Shown piece after piece: positions 12,679 to 25,259 of a stretch of DNA of 64,000 bases. Position 1 is the stretch's first letter, and the number at the start of each line of letters is the position of its first letter. The stretch covers positions 22,754,001 through 22,818,000 of the forward strand of contig JBHGNT010000005.1 of assembly GCA_043228905.1 (NCBI GenBank), written 5' to 3'. Source of the DNA: Azolla caroliniana. Lineage: Eukaryota; Plantae; Polypodiophyta. Position numbers and translations under genes: made by a program. The notes under the pieces were generated by a model. That model was not told the origin of the DNA, did not search any database, and worked only from the letters and a program-made list of their open reading frames with translations.

Positions 12679-14982
12679 GAAGAAAGAAGAAGAAAGAAAG
12701 AAAGATATATTAACGTCTTTTAAGAGGCCAAAATGGCCTATAAGACCAAACAAGAGATTATATCTTAAGTGTTGTCTCCTCTTTGAGAACAAATCAAAAT
12801 AAAATAAATATTACATAGTAAATATAAAAGTAAATAAGATGAAAAGAAAAGAAACGAGGGAATTTGGTTTTTGGCACATGTGAGATTCTTAAGTTAGATA
12901 AATTGTAGCTTTTGTCTTCAAAAGATCTCTAGCATAGGTCGATCCAGAATGGAAATATCTTGGAAGCGAGGGAAGCACCTACGATGGCGGGAGATAATGG
13001 CTTTTATCTGTCGATGGCAAGGGTGTCGAGGTTGTGGTCCTGGGGCCGGGGCGTACGTGCACTAAAATTGCTATTGCCCGATCAATTGTAACCCCTTTGT
13101 TATGTCCTCATTTGGAACCCATTTGTGTATCCTGTGATTGACTTGTAGGAGTGATGGGGCTAAAGAAAGTTGTGATTGTTCTTTGTGGATGAGCTTGTGT
13201 GGCTGTATTCTTCACAGCATTTCCCGATGTCTCTTGAGCTCTAGCAAGAAAAGTCCTAGGCATTGTTGGTCATTTTCCATTACCTTGCGCAGTGGGCCAA
13301 AGCCTTGTTTAAAGAGGCAATGGTATCTCCCTCTGATTTCGTAAAAGACATTACAATGACAAACATAGTGTTCTGCAGATTCCACTCCTCGATGACACAA
13401 TTGGCAAATTCTCTCTTCTAGAGGTAGTCGTGTATATCTGCCTACCTCAATCTGTAATTGATGTGATGAAGTTCGCAGCTACCCTATCACACTACACAGC
13501 GCATAGGATAGATGTATGTCCATATAAGGTGGCCTGATGATGAATCCATCCTCCGATGTGTGTAAGAAGTGTGTCTTATAGTGGGCCATCTTTGTACCAA
13601 GTGGTATTTTGGGGCTGATCCATGTTATCTTGTATTCCAAGTTAATAAAATCAGTTTGAATCCCTCTACTCTTTTCCACTTTGGTCATATTTAGATGGGG
13701 ACAGTCCAAGCTATATTGGAACGGGGGTAGTGCATTTATACTCATACCATGTGACTCGAACCATTGTTGCATTTCAGCATACCAACAATGAGTGTCTCCA
13801 TTTTCAGCTAGTTGTCTTGATGACATAAGTGCCAACCTTGGGTACCTTCGTTTAGGGAGCTCCCAAAGACGTTGGATAAATGTCACTGATTGGAACAATG
13901 CCTCGGTTATTATAGGTGCTGCTCCCATCTCTGCCCGGATTATATTGTGGGGCACCGATACTTTGCTCCTTATCATGCAAGCAATCATTGACACTAAAGG
14001 TCTCTCTAAATCTTTCCAATGATTTGCCTTGTTAAGACTCGGTCCCCATGTCTCTACTCCATAGAGAAGAGTTGGTGTGACAAGTGTATCAAATAACGAC
14101 AACTTAGTTCGTGGCTCTTGGAACTGCAAATGTGCGCATTATCTCTCGAGAGCACCAAGGGCTGCATATCCACGAGAAAGTCGGGCATAAGCAGCTTCCT
14201 GTAAGGAGAACCTAGGCCAGCAAATGTTACTCCTAGGTATGTGTAGGAGCGTGTGTATTCCACCTTTTCCTCTCCCAAGAAGAATTCTGGTTCTGATTTT
14301 GTTACCCATGCTTGAGTGGTGTTAAACACCATCACTTTAGTTTTATCCATGTTGATTGACAAACCTTTGTCCGTACAAAATAGTTTTAAGGCATGTAGAT
14401 GTCTTTGTAGTTCTTCCGGAGAGTTAGAAATCAACACAATATCATCAGCATATAGTAATATTTGTATAGCTATACCGGCTAGGCGTGCTCCCGAACCCCC
14501 GAATCTCTGTATGTAATGTGATACCTCATCTATATAGAGACCGAAGAGAGTGGGTGATAGTGGACTTCCTTGCTTCACTCCAATTGTGCTAGCCACCGCC
14601 TTTGACAAGCCCTTGGAAGAGCGCACTTTTCCTCACACGGATTCATAGAGTGCATAGATTACCCATTGCATATCTGTAGGAACCCCAAGGGCTTCTAGCT
14701 GAGCACATGGCACAGTGTCAAAGGCTTTTCAGAAATCCACAAAGCAGCAGTAAATCCTTTTATTATGGGCTCTGCCCTCAATAAGGGCCCAGGGGGTGAA
14801 TATGTGATCCAAAGTTGTGAACCCCTTCCGAATGCCTGCCTGCCTGTTCAACTGAACGGCAGCCATTCCACTCTGCCCATATACTCAATTCTGATTCTAG
14901 AATCGACCCATATAGTTTAGCCAAGTAATGGCCAATGATGATTGTCCTATAGTTGCTTGGCATCATGGGGTCTCCACTCTTG
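12679..14982 (-). mobile_element. RTE/RTEX-like LINE copy B (longest; RT plus C-terminal Zn motif; 5'-truncated, few frameshifts)
   Basis: RT motifs SNYRTI, FVDF*KAFDTV, GVKQGSPLSPTLFGLYID, LLYADDIVL, INMDKTKVMVF, YTYLGVTF, LFDTLVTPTLLYGVETWG, followed by [24 protein letters not shown]. (TTC/TTTC)n tail at 12679-12704. Confidence 0.92.
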
Positions 14983-17139
14983 AGAAAAGATTACTTCAAT
15001 ATACTATTATGAAAACATTACAATCTTCTTAGACTCTAAAAATAACCACAACACCAAAAAACAACTTTAATCTCAATGACTCTAGTTGATAATATTATTA
15101 TTCTCTCTTTCTTCTACTAAGCCTCTTCTCAATTCTTCTAATCTAATAGGGACAATGCTATGTTCTATCCATCTCGTAGGGAACCTTCACACATAGCTCT
15201 ATTATAGATGTTCACTAACAATGGGAGCTAAATGTCAAGGATTTTTGCCATCTACATGATCATTGTGTTCTTCCTCTCCATCTCCCCACTTTGGGATGTG
15301 AATAGGTAAAGAATATCTACTGCCTATTTTCTTTCTTCTAAACAAAATGCGGGCAACTGTTCATTTGACAAATGTGTGACGGTTGTCTGGCCGAATGATC
15401 CTGCATCAAGTGCACTCCTTGATGTTGTTAAGGTATCAGATTTGTCTTTAATAAGGAAACTTTAGCCATTCTAGAGTAATCATTCTACAGGGCCTTTGAG
15501 GAGTTGGGAGTGATTGGTCCACAATTATTAATGTAGTATGAATCCTAGAAAATTGTTTGCAAGGATTGCAGCTTTATAAGGCTGTGACTTAACTTGAACA
15601 CCTAAGCCATTTCAGAGTTACCATCTACAATGAACATTAAGTATCTATGGTGTGGGAGGGGTTGGTACACAAATATCTATTTAACCCAATCCTGGGACAT
15701 CTCTTGCATGAAAATGCGTTTCATGAGGAAAATGATTTTGATGTTCCCTTCTTTATAAACTGCAATTTTTCTTGTTCAGTGGCCTCTGACTGACTTCTGT
15801 TCTGAACAGTAGAAAATAGCTGCATTACTCAGCTGGGATTGTCTTGGTGGACATTCCAAGTACTGCATTTACAAGTTCTTAAAACTGTGATGATTTTTTG
15901 GGTTATAAACCACATACTTTTCTTGATTCTGTGTAAGCTTGGAGCCCTCTGATTGACTCCATGTTCTGAGCAGTACATTACTCAGTTGTACATACCTCAA
16001 GAAGAAAGTTTTGGTCTTGGTTGACATTCCAAGCACTGTCTTTGCAAGAACTTAAAACTGTGATTATTGTTTTGGGTTGCTTGAAACGGATTTAGATAAT
16101 AGAGATTCCCTCCTCCCTTCTTTAGTTCATGTAAGACCTGAATATTTTGAAATAAATTTTGAAACATGAGTCATCACAGTATACCCAGTAGTTATTTTTC
16201 ACTGTGTGGGCTATAGTTAAGAAGCTTCTAAAGAGTTAGGAACTTTTGATTTACTAGTGGGTGTAGTGATCATATAATCTGCCAGCTAAATTGGAACCTC
16301 TCATAGTCTATTGTTCACTAAGATTTTCTGCATTTTTCTCATGTGATAACATGTGACTGTTAAAAATAATGTGGGAGCTTCTTCGAGAACTTGAACTGGA
16401 ATTAACTTCCTTTTTAACTTATTTTTCTCAGCCAAAGATATTTTTCCCTTGCCATTTCGTTGTTACCGGACTCTTTTTCTCTCAAACAATTTTGAAAAAT
16501 TTGGCTCTTCTTTCCACAACTAGATAAGCTAGTTTCTCGTGAAAATTCTTTGGTCTAAGCTCCTTTTTTGTAAACTGTGATGATGCACCTTCAATGTCTT
16601 TAGAGCTTTCATTTCATCCTCAGCTGGACAGTTGATGTGGTTGAATGTTTCCTTCATATTTTGGCTTGATGTCCCTCTCCTCCCAATACTGTAAAGCAGA
16701 CAACCACAGGCTGTCAAGAAGTTCAGGACCATGGTTTTCCATCCCGCAGGTTATCATCTCATGCAATGTCTTGTGGGGCAATTTATTGTCTAATGACTAC
16801 ATTGGACATTAACATTGGACGACATGGTTGCTAAAGGAGGATAGGTTAGGGTAAAACTCTGATACCTATGCTACCTAAGCATTACATACTCACCTTAAAA
16901 AAAATCTTAGAACTGAAAGGGCTCCAAACCGTAACCATGTTCTTTGAGATGTTTCACCAAAATTTCTTCAAATTAAAACTGAGACTTTGACAAGTTTTAA
17001 GGAAAGAAAGTAAGAACCTATCTAAATTATGTTTTCTGTCAGATTCCATGCAAAAAGATAAGAAGTATTTTATTTTCTGTTATGGGTTTCATGTTTCTAA
17101 ACATGAATTTCGATTTTTGATGCTAAGTTTCGTTTTCTG

Positions 17140-17345
17140 TTACCTTTTGATGTTTTCCTTACCTTCTTGAATGTGAGAGAAATAAGCAAAGTTTGTTTTT
17201 TGTTAGATTTTATGTATTCTTTGATGTTCTTGAACATAAATGGAAGTACCTTAATTCTGCTTCGGATTAGATTTTTAATGCTTCTGTCATGATCTTGAAC
17301 ATGAAAGAAAATAGCTTAGATCTCTGTATTCTGGTTAGATTTTGT
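17140..17345 (+). repeat. Degenerate ~62-bp minisatellite, right part
   Basis: Three units such as TTTTTAATGCTTCTGTCATGATCTTGAACATGAAAGAAAATAGC..CTG...TTAG, homologous to 8861-9165. Confidence 0.65.
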
Positions 17346-17461
17346 CTGCAACGGCGCGTGAATGTAGTTAAATTATATTTCTGTCTGGTTTTTTTTATGG
17401 TTTTGTTCTGTCTCTCTGGATCATGTATTGATTTGGTTTGAATAGTTTATTGAATTTAGCA

Positions 17462-20400
17462 ATGGAAGTGGAGGATCAACCAATTAAAAGAAAGCGTGGG
17501 AGACCTCCAAAGGAATCTTCTTCTCAGATGATGCCTACAGAAACTGCAGAGAAAAGGAAGAGGGGGCGACCGAGGAAAGAACTTAGTGTGAGCCCTGATC
17601 CTCCTTCTCAAAAAGGAGATGCTAAGATCATTGTGAATGGAGATGATGATTCATCTGATGATGACTCACATGATGATATAGATATACATGACAGAGCCTC
17701 AGATATGGGTAGAATCAAGTATCAAGGAAGAAATAATGCACATGGAGGAGGACCAAGCCATGATAATGGTTTACCAGGAATCCTGAAGCTAGATCGGCCT
17801 ACAGAGAGGACAGCTCCTCCTAGGAATAGGCGATTCTTTGAAGTCACACCACAATCTCCATCTAGTGGTGGATTAAGCTTGATGCCTGTTTCACTCCCAT
17901 CAACACATGCACATGCGGATCCTATCATGGAGGAAGCTGTAAAGCGCTCACCATCCATGGATGCTGTGGTGAAAGTTTTTTGTGTCCATACAGAGCCAAA
18001 TTTCTCCTTGCCATGGCAGATGAAGAGACAATTTAGCTCCAATAGTAGTGGATTCATTATCAGTGGTCGAAGGGTTTTGACAAACGCCCATTCCGTTGAG
18101 CATCATACTCAAGTTAAGGTGAAGCGTCGTGGCTCTGATACCAAATTCTTGGCCACTGTTCTGGCAATAGGAACAGAATGTGACATCGGTATTTTCTCTA
18201 AAACTCCACTTTATTTCTTTATATGTATACTTTTCATATAATGACATTCATTTAATTAAAGGCAAACCTGTTTATTATGTGGATTTATTCCTTTATATGT
18301 ATGCTTCCTATGTAATTGCGCCCATTTAATTAAAGGTAAACCTGTTTATTATGTGGATTGAAAAAGGGATATAATTTTACGAATTGATCGGCAAATTTCT
18401 CGTTTTGACGTGTGAAAATGCTCTATGTTCATTATCACACCATTTGCTGGTTTGGTTGGTTCATATTTAATGTCGATGCATTTATTTTTCCAAGTTTCTA
18501 ATCTGACTGTTAGTTACCCTCATTTGCAGCTTTGTTAACAGTTAACAGTGATGAATTTTGGGAAGGAGTTTCACCTGTAGATTTTGGTGCTTTACCAAGC
18601 TTACAAGATGCTGTCACTGTTGTTGGCTATCCTATTGGTGGAGACACTATCTCAGTGACAAGTGGGGTGGTGTCAAGGATTGAAGTCACATCATATGTGC
18701 ACGGTGCAACTGAGCTTTTAGGAGTACAAGTAAGTTGGATGAACCAAATGGTCAGATTTCAGTATGTATTCTTGAGTTGTTTGAGATTTCCTGCAGTTCA
18801 CCATGAAATCCACTGGTCCAAGTGTGATAAGATTAAGCATGTTATCCATCTCTCCTCAACCGAGTTCTTTCTGTTAGATTTGATGCCCTACTTGTTTGTG
18901 GATATGTGTAATGTGCTCTATTGGGAGTTGACAAGGCCCCTCCTCATTGTGTACTTGATTCTCATGTTGGATAAATGTAACCTGATTATATATTCCAATA
19001 AGAAGCTCGGCATATTTTTATTTTTTATTTTTAAATTTCATTTGAAACAGAGAAGCCACTGTATATGCATGTATGTTTTCTCATAGGCTAATTCTGGCCG
19101 AGCATTTTTTGTAGATTGATGCAGCGATAAATTCTGGAAACTCAGGGGGGCCAGCTTTCAATGCGAAAGGCCAATGTGTAGGCATTGCTTTTCAATCCTT
19201 GAAACATGAAGATGCTGAGAATATCGGATATGTCATCCCCACACCTGTTATTAATCATTTTATCAATGACTTTGAACGCAATGATGAGTATACAGGTAAG
19301 GCCATTCTCTACTATTATAGTACTTATCTTCATATTTGTGTGACCATTCTAAGCTTTACTTATCTTCATATTTTATCAATGACTTTGTTGTAGGGTTTCC
19401 CATACTTGGAATAGAGTGGCAGAAAATGGAGAATCCAGACTTAAGGAAAGCCCTTGGAATGATATCACATCAAAAGGGAGTGCGAGTTAGGAGGGTAGAA
19501 CCAACAGCTCCAGCAGCGAAGTACTTGCAGTCATCAGACGTTCTCTTGAGTTTTGATGATATTGATGTGGCTAATGATGGCACAGGTACAAATATGTTCA
19601 TACACCATGAAAATATTTTAGTCTAGATTATGCATTCTGTTTAGTTTTTGACCTCCTGTGTTTGCAGTTCCCTTCAGACATGGCGAAAGAATTGGATTCA
19701 GCTACCTTGTGTCACAGAAATACACTGGAGAATTCGCAAAGGTTAAAATACTCCGAGCTGCTGAAGTGTTGGAGTTCAATGTACAACTTCAAACACATAA
19801 ACGTTTGATTCCTGCACACATAAAAGGCCGGCCTCCATCATATTATATAGTTGCGGGTATAGTATTTGCTGCAGTATCTGTGCCATATTTGCGTTCCGAA
19901 GTAAGTGATGGGCTATTGGGTCTTAAGAGATCAACAGATTTATATAGTTCTGTCTAATTTTTGTGTTGTGGTGCTTGCAGTATGGTAAGGATTATGATTA
20001 TGATGCCCCTGTAAAACTACTAGGCAAACTACTCCATTCCATGGCGAAAACAGAAGATGAGCAGCTAGTTGTCATTTCTCAGGTGCTATTCATCTTTAAG
20101 CATGAAGTACTATGTGTCTCTTTAACCAATTCAGAAATACTTGTGGATGCCAATATCTCTCAATGCTAACAGCTGTTGTGTTTAGATGATACCTGCAGAT
20201 AAAAGATGCACATATTAATATTGCTTAGAGATAGTATGCTTGTTTTGTTTGATTTTTCGAAATGGAATGCCTAATTTTGTTCTTTAAAAGGACTAGAAGC
20301 CCCCCAAACTCTTAAGTCAGACGTCATATAAAGAATATTACGTATAAATGTTTTTTTTTCTAGTAATACGTTACATTATCTCAAATGTGAGGTGAATGTC

Positions 20401-21134
20401 AATGAAAAATGATTACAAATAAATGGCCCGCAGATCATTACGTCTATCTCAAGCACTAGAAACATTTGAAGAATAGGGCACATAAATGGTCCCCAATATC
20501 ATGTGAAACTTAGCAAGCATGGAATACAAATAAATGGCCCGCAGATCACTACGTCTATCTCAAGCACTAGAAACATTTGAAGAATAGGGCACATAAATGA
20601 CCCCCAATATCATGTGAAACTTTATTTGACAAAGCTAAAGATATGGGTAATTTTACAAATTTTGAACTGATTTATACATTTTCATGACAGGTGTTAGTTG
20701 CTGATATTAACATCGGTTATGAGGAAATAGTCAATACGCAGGTGGTTGATTTAGCTTTTAAAGCCAAGTCATGTTTTGTTTGGAAGTTACTTTTATAAAT
20801 GAAATTGCTTGTGTCTAATTTCCAGATCCTTGCATTGAATGGAACTCCAGTAAGAAATTTGAAGCAATTGGCAAATATGGTGGAAAATTGTGACGAAAAG
20901 TTTCTAAGATTTGATCTAGAACATCAGCAGGTAAAAGATAGTGTTTCACATCAGCTTTCATTCAAATTGTCATGTTTCACAAATATAGTCATATAGTCAC
21001 AGGACTTATTTGTATGTTACATTTTATTTGAATAGCTTGTGGTTTTAGAGGCCAAAAAAGCTAAGGAGGCAACTGCTGATATTCTTGAAACTCATTGCAT
21101 ACCATCAGCCATGTCTGAGGATTTGAAGTCCTAG
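17462..21134 (+). CDS. DEG9: Protease Do-like 9 (DEG9-type HtrA serine protease with PDZ domains), 9 coding exons
   Basis: Exons 17462-18188, 18530-18729, 19115-19295, 19394-19585, 19668-19900, 19981-20082, 20691-20741, 20826-20930, 21036-21134. Catalytic triad in LTNAHSV, TECDIA and [13 protein letters not shown]. Also [21 protein letters not shown] and C-terminal [11 protein letters not shown]. Confidence 0.95.
20414..20622 (+). repeat. 111-bp tandem duplication in DEG9 intron 6
   Basis: TACAAATAAATGGCCCGCAGATCA...ATCATGTGAAACTT occurs at 20414 and 20525 with about 3 mismatches. Confidence 0.9.
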
Positions 21135-22570
21135 AAAGTGCTAGTCTGGGTAAAATCTTCAAATCACTAAGTTATATGGTTAACTTTGTGAGCAGTATGT
21201 CGCCGAGACAATGTACATTTTGTAGTACGTCATATACTACATTTCTCAATCAAGATTTCTTTCCAAATGGTGGTTAGATCCTCCATTTACTAGAGTAACA
21301 AAGACCATGAAGCATTATTGTTGCATGCTATCTACATGATGGTACATGCGATGCCATTAATGAATTTTGATATAAGGGTGTGGACCAGACTGAAGGATGC
21401 TAACTATCTTCTACTAATGGCAGCCTTTTCCATCTCTCTTACAAACTGTTCTAGTAATCACTATGTATTGATTGCAGCAAGTACTTTTTTTGTGATTGTG
21501 AATTTGAATGAGAGGATCAAGTACTTAACATTAATCCATCTAGCTTGAAACATGTGGAATGCATAACATGCTGATCATGTGTAATATGATACCTTATATA
21601 ACCTTCTGGATTCCATCTACTCGGTTGTATTGTCACTTTGGAATTGATTCACAGCATGACATGGACAATAAACACGTTACCTTAGTCATTGTCATTGGGT
21701 AACTCTGGGTGGGTTCATCTTGCTCTTGATTGAGCATCCCATTCATTTAGTGATAATTTTTGTGATAGCACTGGTTTGGATGTTCTATTGTTTTGTGAAG
21801 CATTTTCTATGCTTGTATAGCCCTTAGAACATCGAAAAGTCGTCTCTAGATGTTGAATTTGAATTTTCTGTAGTTTTCTTGATGCTTGAAATGAGAGGAT
21901 TGTGTCATTGTAGTGTTATATTACATACAGATGGAAAAGTCTAGCGATTGCGATGGTGTTTTGTCTACCTTACGATAATTTGGTAGTCATTGATGCATTG
22001 ACAAATAAGTTGTTGCTATATGCACCTTTTCAATTGTGTTGAAAGTTTTAAGTATTGCTAGTAAAAATAGAGGGAATCCATACAAATCGTTTATTTTGAA
22101 ATTAACGTTAATGCTTGTATTGAAATTTGGGAAGCTTCCATTTGAAGGATTTACGTACAAACTTATAAAATGCAAAAATTGTTAAATCTTCCCAAAAGAA
22201 ATAGAATTAATAAGATGGGATTTTTTTGTGAAATTTCGTTCTTTGGTGTTACAAGAGTAGGATTTCCAATAAAACATGCTTGATATCCTCCTATGTAGGT
22301 AGGTTATTTTGTTCCAATTTCAGCTTATTTTAGGAGTTGAGAAGATGGGACCTACCTTGACATGCTAAGTCCACATGCAATAGTTATGACCTCAAACCAA
22401 AATATATTGTTGCATTGAAACAAAACAAGTGTTTGTGTCTCCCTTTGTTCCATAGAATTGGTTTCCAATCCATCCTTCTCTCTTGCTAGCATCAATTTCC
22501 AATGGATCAACCCCAAAATATTGCTTCATACGAAGATGGCCCACTACAAGACTCTTTTTATGCACATTGG

Positions 22571-23465
22571 AGGATGGATTCATCATCATGCCACCTTATA
22601 TGGACATACATCTCCCGTTGCATAGTGTGATAGGGTAGTTACGAACTTCATCACATCAATTAGAGACGGAGGTAGGCAAATATACACGAATACCTCTAAA
22701 AGAAAGAATTTCCCAATTCTGTCATCAAGGAGTGGAATCAAAAGAACACTATGTTTGTCACTATAGTGTCTTTTATGAAAGAAGAGGGAGATACCATTGC
22801 CTCTTTAAACAAGGCTTTGGCCCACTACACAAGGTAATGGAATATGAGGACCAAGAGTGCCTAGGGCTTTTCTTGTTAGAACTCAAGAGACATAGGGAAA
22901 AATTGTAGGAGAACAATAGTATAACCACACAAGCTCATCCACAAAGAACAATCACAACTTTCTTTAGCCCTATCACTCTTACTAATGCTACAAGTCAATC
23001 AAGGGATGCACAAATGGGCTCTTGACCAAGACATAACAAAGGGGTTATAATAAATCAGGCAATAGCAATTTGTTGGGCACATAGACCCCGACCCTATGGA
23101 CCACCACCTCAACACCCTTGTCATCGATAGATAAATGCCATTATCTCCAACCATTGCATGTGCTACCCTCACTTTGGAGATCTTGACCTATGCTAGAGAT
23201 CAAGATCTTTCGAAGAAAAAAGTTATAATATATTTTTTTGGAAAAAAGAAGAAGTTATAATATATCTAACTTGAGAATCTCACTTGTGTCAAAAACAAGA
23301 TTGTTTAGTCTCTTTTTATCTAATTTACTTTTGTATTTATTGAGTAATATTTATTTTATTTTGATTTCTTTTTCTCAAAAACGAGACAACACAAGATGTA
23401 ATCTCTTGTTTGGTCTTATTGGCCATTTTGGCCTCTTAAAAGCTGTTAATATTTCTTTCTTTCTC
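22571..23465 (+). mobile_element. RTE/RTEX-like LINE copy C (3' ~0.9 kb)
   Basis: From DGFIIMPPYMDIHL through [18 protein letters not shown] and [10 protein letters not shown] to the 3'UTR with GGCCATTTTGGCC and a TTTC tail. Confidence 0.9.
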
Positions 23466-23493
23466 TTGATTATTTCCTTTTTATTTTAATTAC

Positions 23494-23914
23494 TAGTAAT
23501 GAGCACGGTTTCGGCTCAAACCGAACTGAACCATTAAGCCATGGTTTAACGGTTTATTGGTTCCAAAATTATTTGATGGTTTGGTTTGGTTTGGATTTTC
23601 AATAAACGGTTTGGTTCAGTTCTAAAACTCAGGTTTATAGGTTTTTGGTTAACTTTTTTTTTACCCTAATAGTTTATTAATTTAATGGTTTTTTATTGAT
23701 TTAATAAATTTAACTTAAATGCTTATTTAATTTAATGTATTTTTGTTTATTTCGATGTTTAATTAGTTTGATTTAAATGGTTAGGTTTAATTTTTTTTTA
23801 AATGGTTCGGTTTGGTTTCAACTTTTTCCTAAACAGTTTGGTTTAGTTTTTGTTTTATATAAACGATTTGGTTTAGGGTTTCTTTACCTTGAAACCGAAC
23901 CGTGCCCATTGCTG
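23494..23914. mobile_element. hAT-type MITE (subfamily 2)
   Basis: Imperfect TIRs TAGTAATGAGCACGGTT / AACCGTGCCCATTGCTG. Perfect 8-bp TSD TTAATTAC at 23486-23493 and 23915-23922. Subterminal AAACCG/CGGTTT arrays. Confidence 0.9.
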
Positions 23915-23917
23915 TTA

Positions 23918-24005
23918 ATTACCTTACTCTAGTGGTAAGTTGTTGCACTATTATTGGGTTCAAAACCTAATTTTCTCCTCTCTATTGCTTCATACACATC
24001 TTTTA
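23918..24005 (+). mobile_element. tRNA-derived SINE-like head (copy 1)
   Basis: A-box-like TACTCTAGTGGTAAG and T-arm-like TTGGG-TTCAAAA-CCTAA. Homologous to the inverted copy at 25120-25225. Confidence 0.45.
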
Positions 24006-24049
24006 ATTCTCTCTCTATCTTTATCTTAAAAGCACAACTATATTTATTG

Positions 24050-24495
24050 TATGTAAAATCCAGTTGTTACAACTCTTCTTAGTGTCTTGTATGTATCTAT
24101 CTTATCCTATGTAGAGAGCGGGACATCTTGTAATACCACTAGAAATTTTGAATATTCATTTAAGGAAATGATCCCCCACATGCTTTAACATCCAAAAAAT
24201 CCACATAAGAATGCATTTCAATGTCTTCATGTAGGATTTCACCCCATGTCTACCATCAAACATGAAAGCATTACGCATATTCCAATTGTGTTGTAGTCCC
24301 CAATATCGTAAAAGTTGGAACAATATCTACATCTCATCAGTTCGACCATTTTGAACATACTGTGAACTAACCCATTGTTGTGGTCTCAAATAACAATGGG
24401 TTAAAACTTGTCAAATGTCCGATAAGTACTTGCCAATGCTACATGCTATAGGACATTTAACGAACCTATGTATACTGTCTTCCAACAGAATGGTG
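24050..24495 (-). mobile_element. L1-clade LINE 3' fragment (inverted copy of ~26050-26950)
   Basis: Reverse complement aligns with 26050-26422 (e.g. GTGGATTTTTTGGATGTTA.AGCATGTGGGG.ATCATTTCCTTAAATG) and with 26920-26940 (ACTAAGAAG.GTTGTAAC). Confidence 0.75.
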
Positions 24496-25011
24496 AATGT
24501 ATTATGAGTGGGAGGTCAAAGGTTCGAGTCCTACTTGGACCAGAAGAGATTAAGTGGATAAATGAATGTGATGGTGGACATTTTTCTATCTGTCTCTCTC
24601 TCTCTCTCTAAGAAGAAAGGTGGGTAGATATCTCGTCTTTGAAAACATAGGAATTGCATTTTCTCCATCATATTTTAGACATTGTTAACTAGTCCATCAT
24701 GTCATTTGCAGTTTGCTTCGTGTTGCTCGATCGTCACACCTACGGGGTGCAATTGTCAAGACAAAGGATTGGTTTACAAATGCAAACAGGGACAATTGAA
24801 ACACAAGAGAAATTGATTTAGGAAACCAACAAGAAAGACGTGGTGAGACATACAAGAAGTCAAGCGAAAGAAAGAAACTTGGCCATGGGACAATATCGGC
24901 GTTGGCCAAGAATGCAAGAGAAAATCAATGAAGAAACCTTGCAAAGACCCGATGGTCAGGAAAAGATACGAGCAAGAGAAATTGGAGGATTGGACATGTC
25001 CGCCATGGAAA

Positions 25012-25062
<51 letters not shown>

Positions 25063-25119
25063 TTTGCCCAATGGAGACCAGTGGGTTCAACCCCTACATT
25101 CCACAATGGCATCTAGTGA

Positions 25120-25225
25120 AATAGAGGTATATATGAAGTATATAATAAAGAGGTGAAGAAATTGGGTTTAGAACCCAAGACACAATGTTTGTAATGTTAT
25201 AGACTTACCACTAGGGTAAGCTAAT
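25120..25225 (-). mobile_element. tRNA-derived SINE-like head (copy 2)
   Basis: Minus strand TAGCTTACCCTAGTGGTAAG (A-box-like), then GTC-TTGGG-TTCTAAA-CCCAA, a 5-bp stem with 7-nt loop that resembles a T-arm/B-box. Confidence 0.5.
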
Positions 25226-25259
25226 TACAATAAAAAGAAAGAGAGAGAGAGTAGATTTC

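Noticed and set aside
12660-14995. Possible TSD for LINE copy B (TTGAGAAGAT / TTGAGAAAAGAT)
   Set aside because: Imperfect and low-complexity, so not reliable.
15360-16100. Degenerate ~130-150-bp direct repeats in the putative DEG9 leader intron
   Set aside because: Old local duplications with no identifiable origin or function.
24640-24990. ORF VRHTRSQAKERN... resembling a retrotransposon gag N-terminus
   Set aside because: Too short, runs into a microsatellite, and has no diagnostic motif.
23918-25225. Functional tRNA gene
   Set aside because: No acceptor stem or proper anticodon arm; treated only as SINE-like heads.
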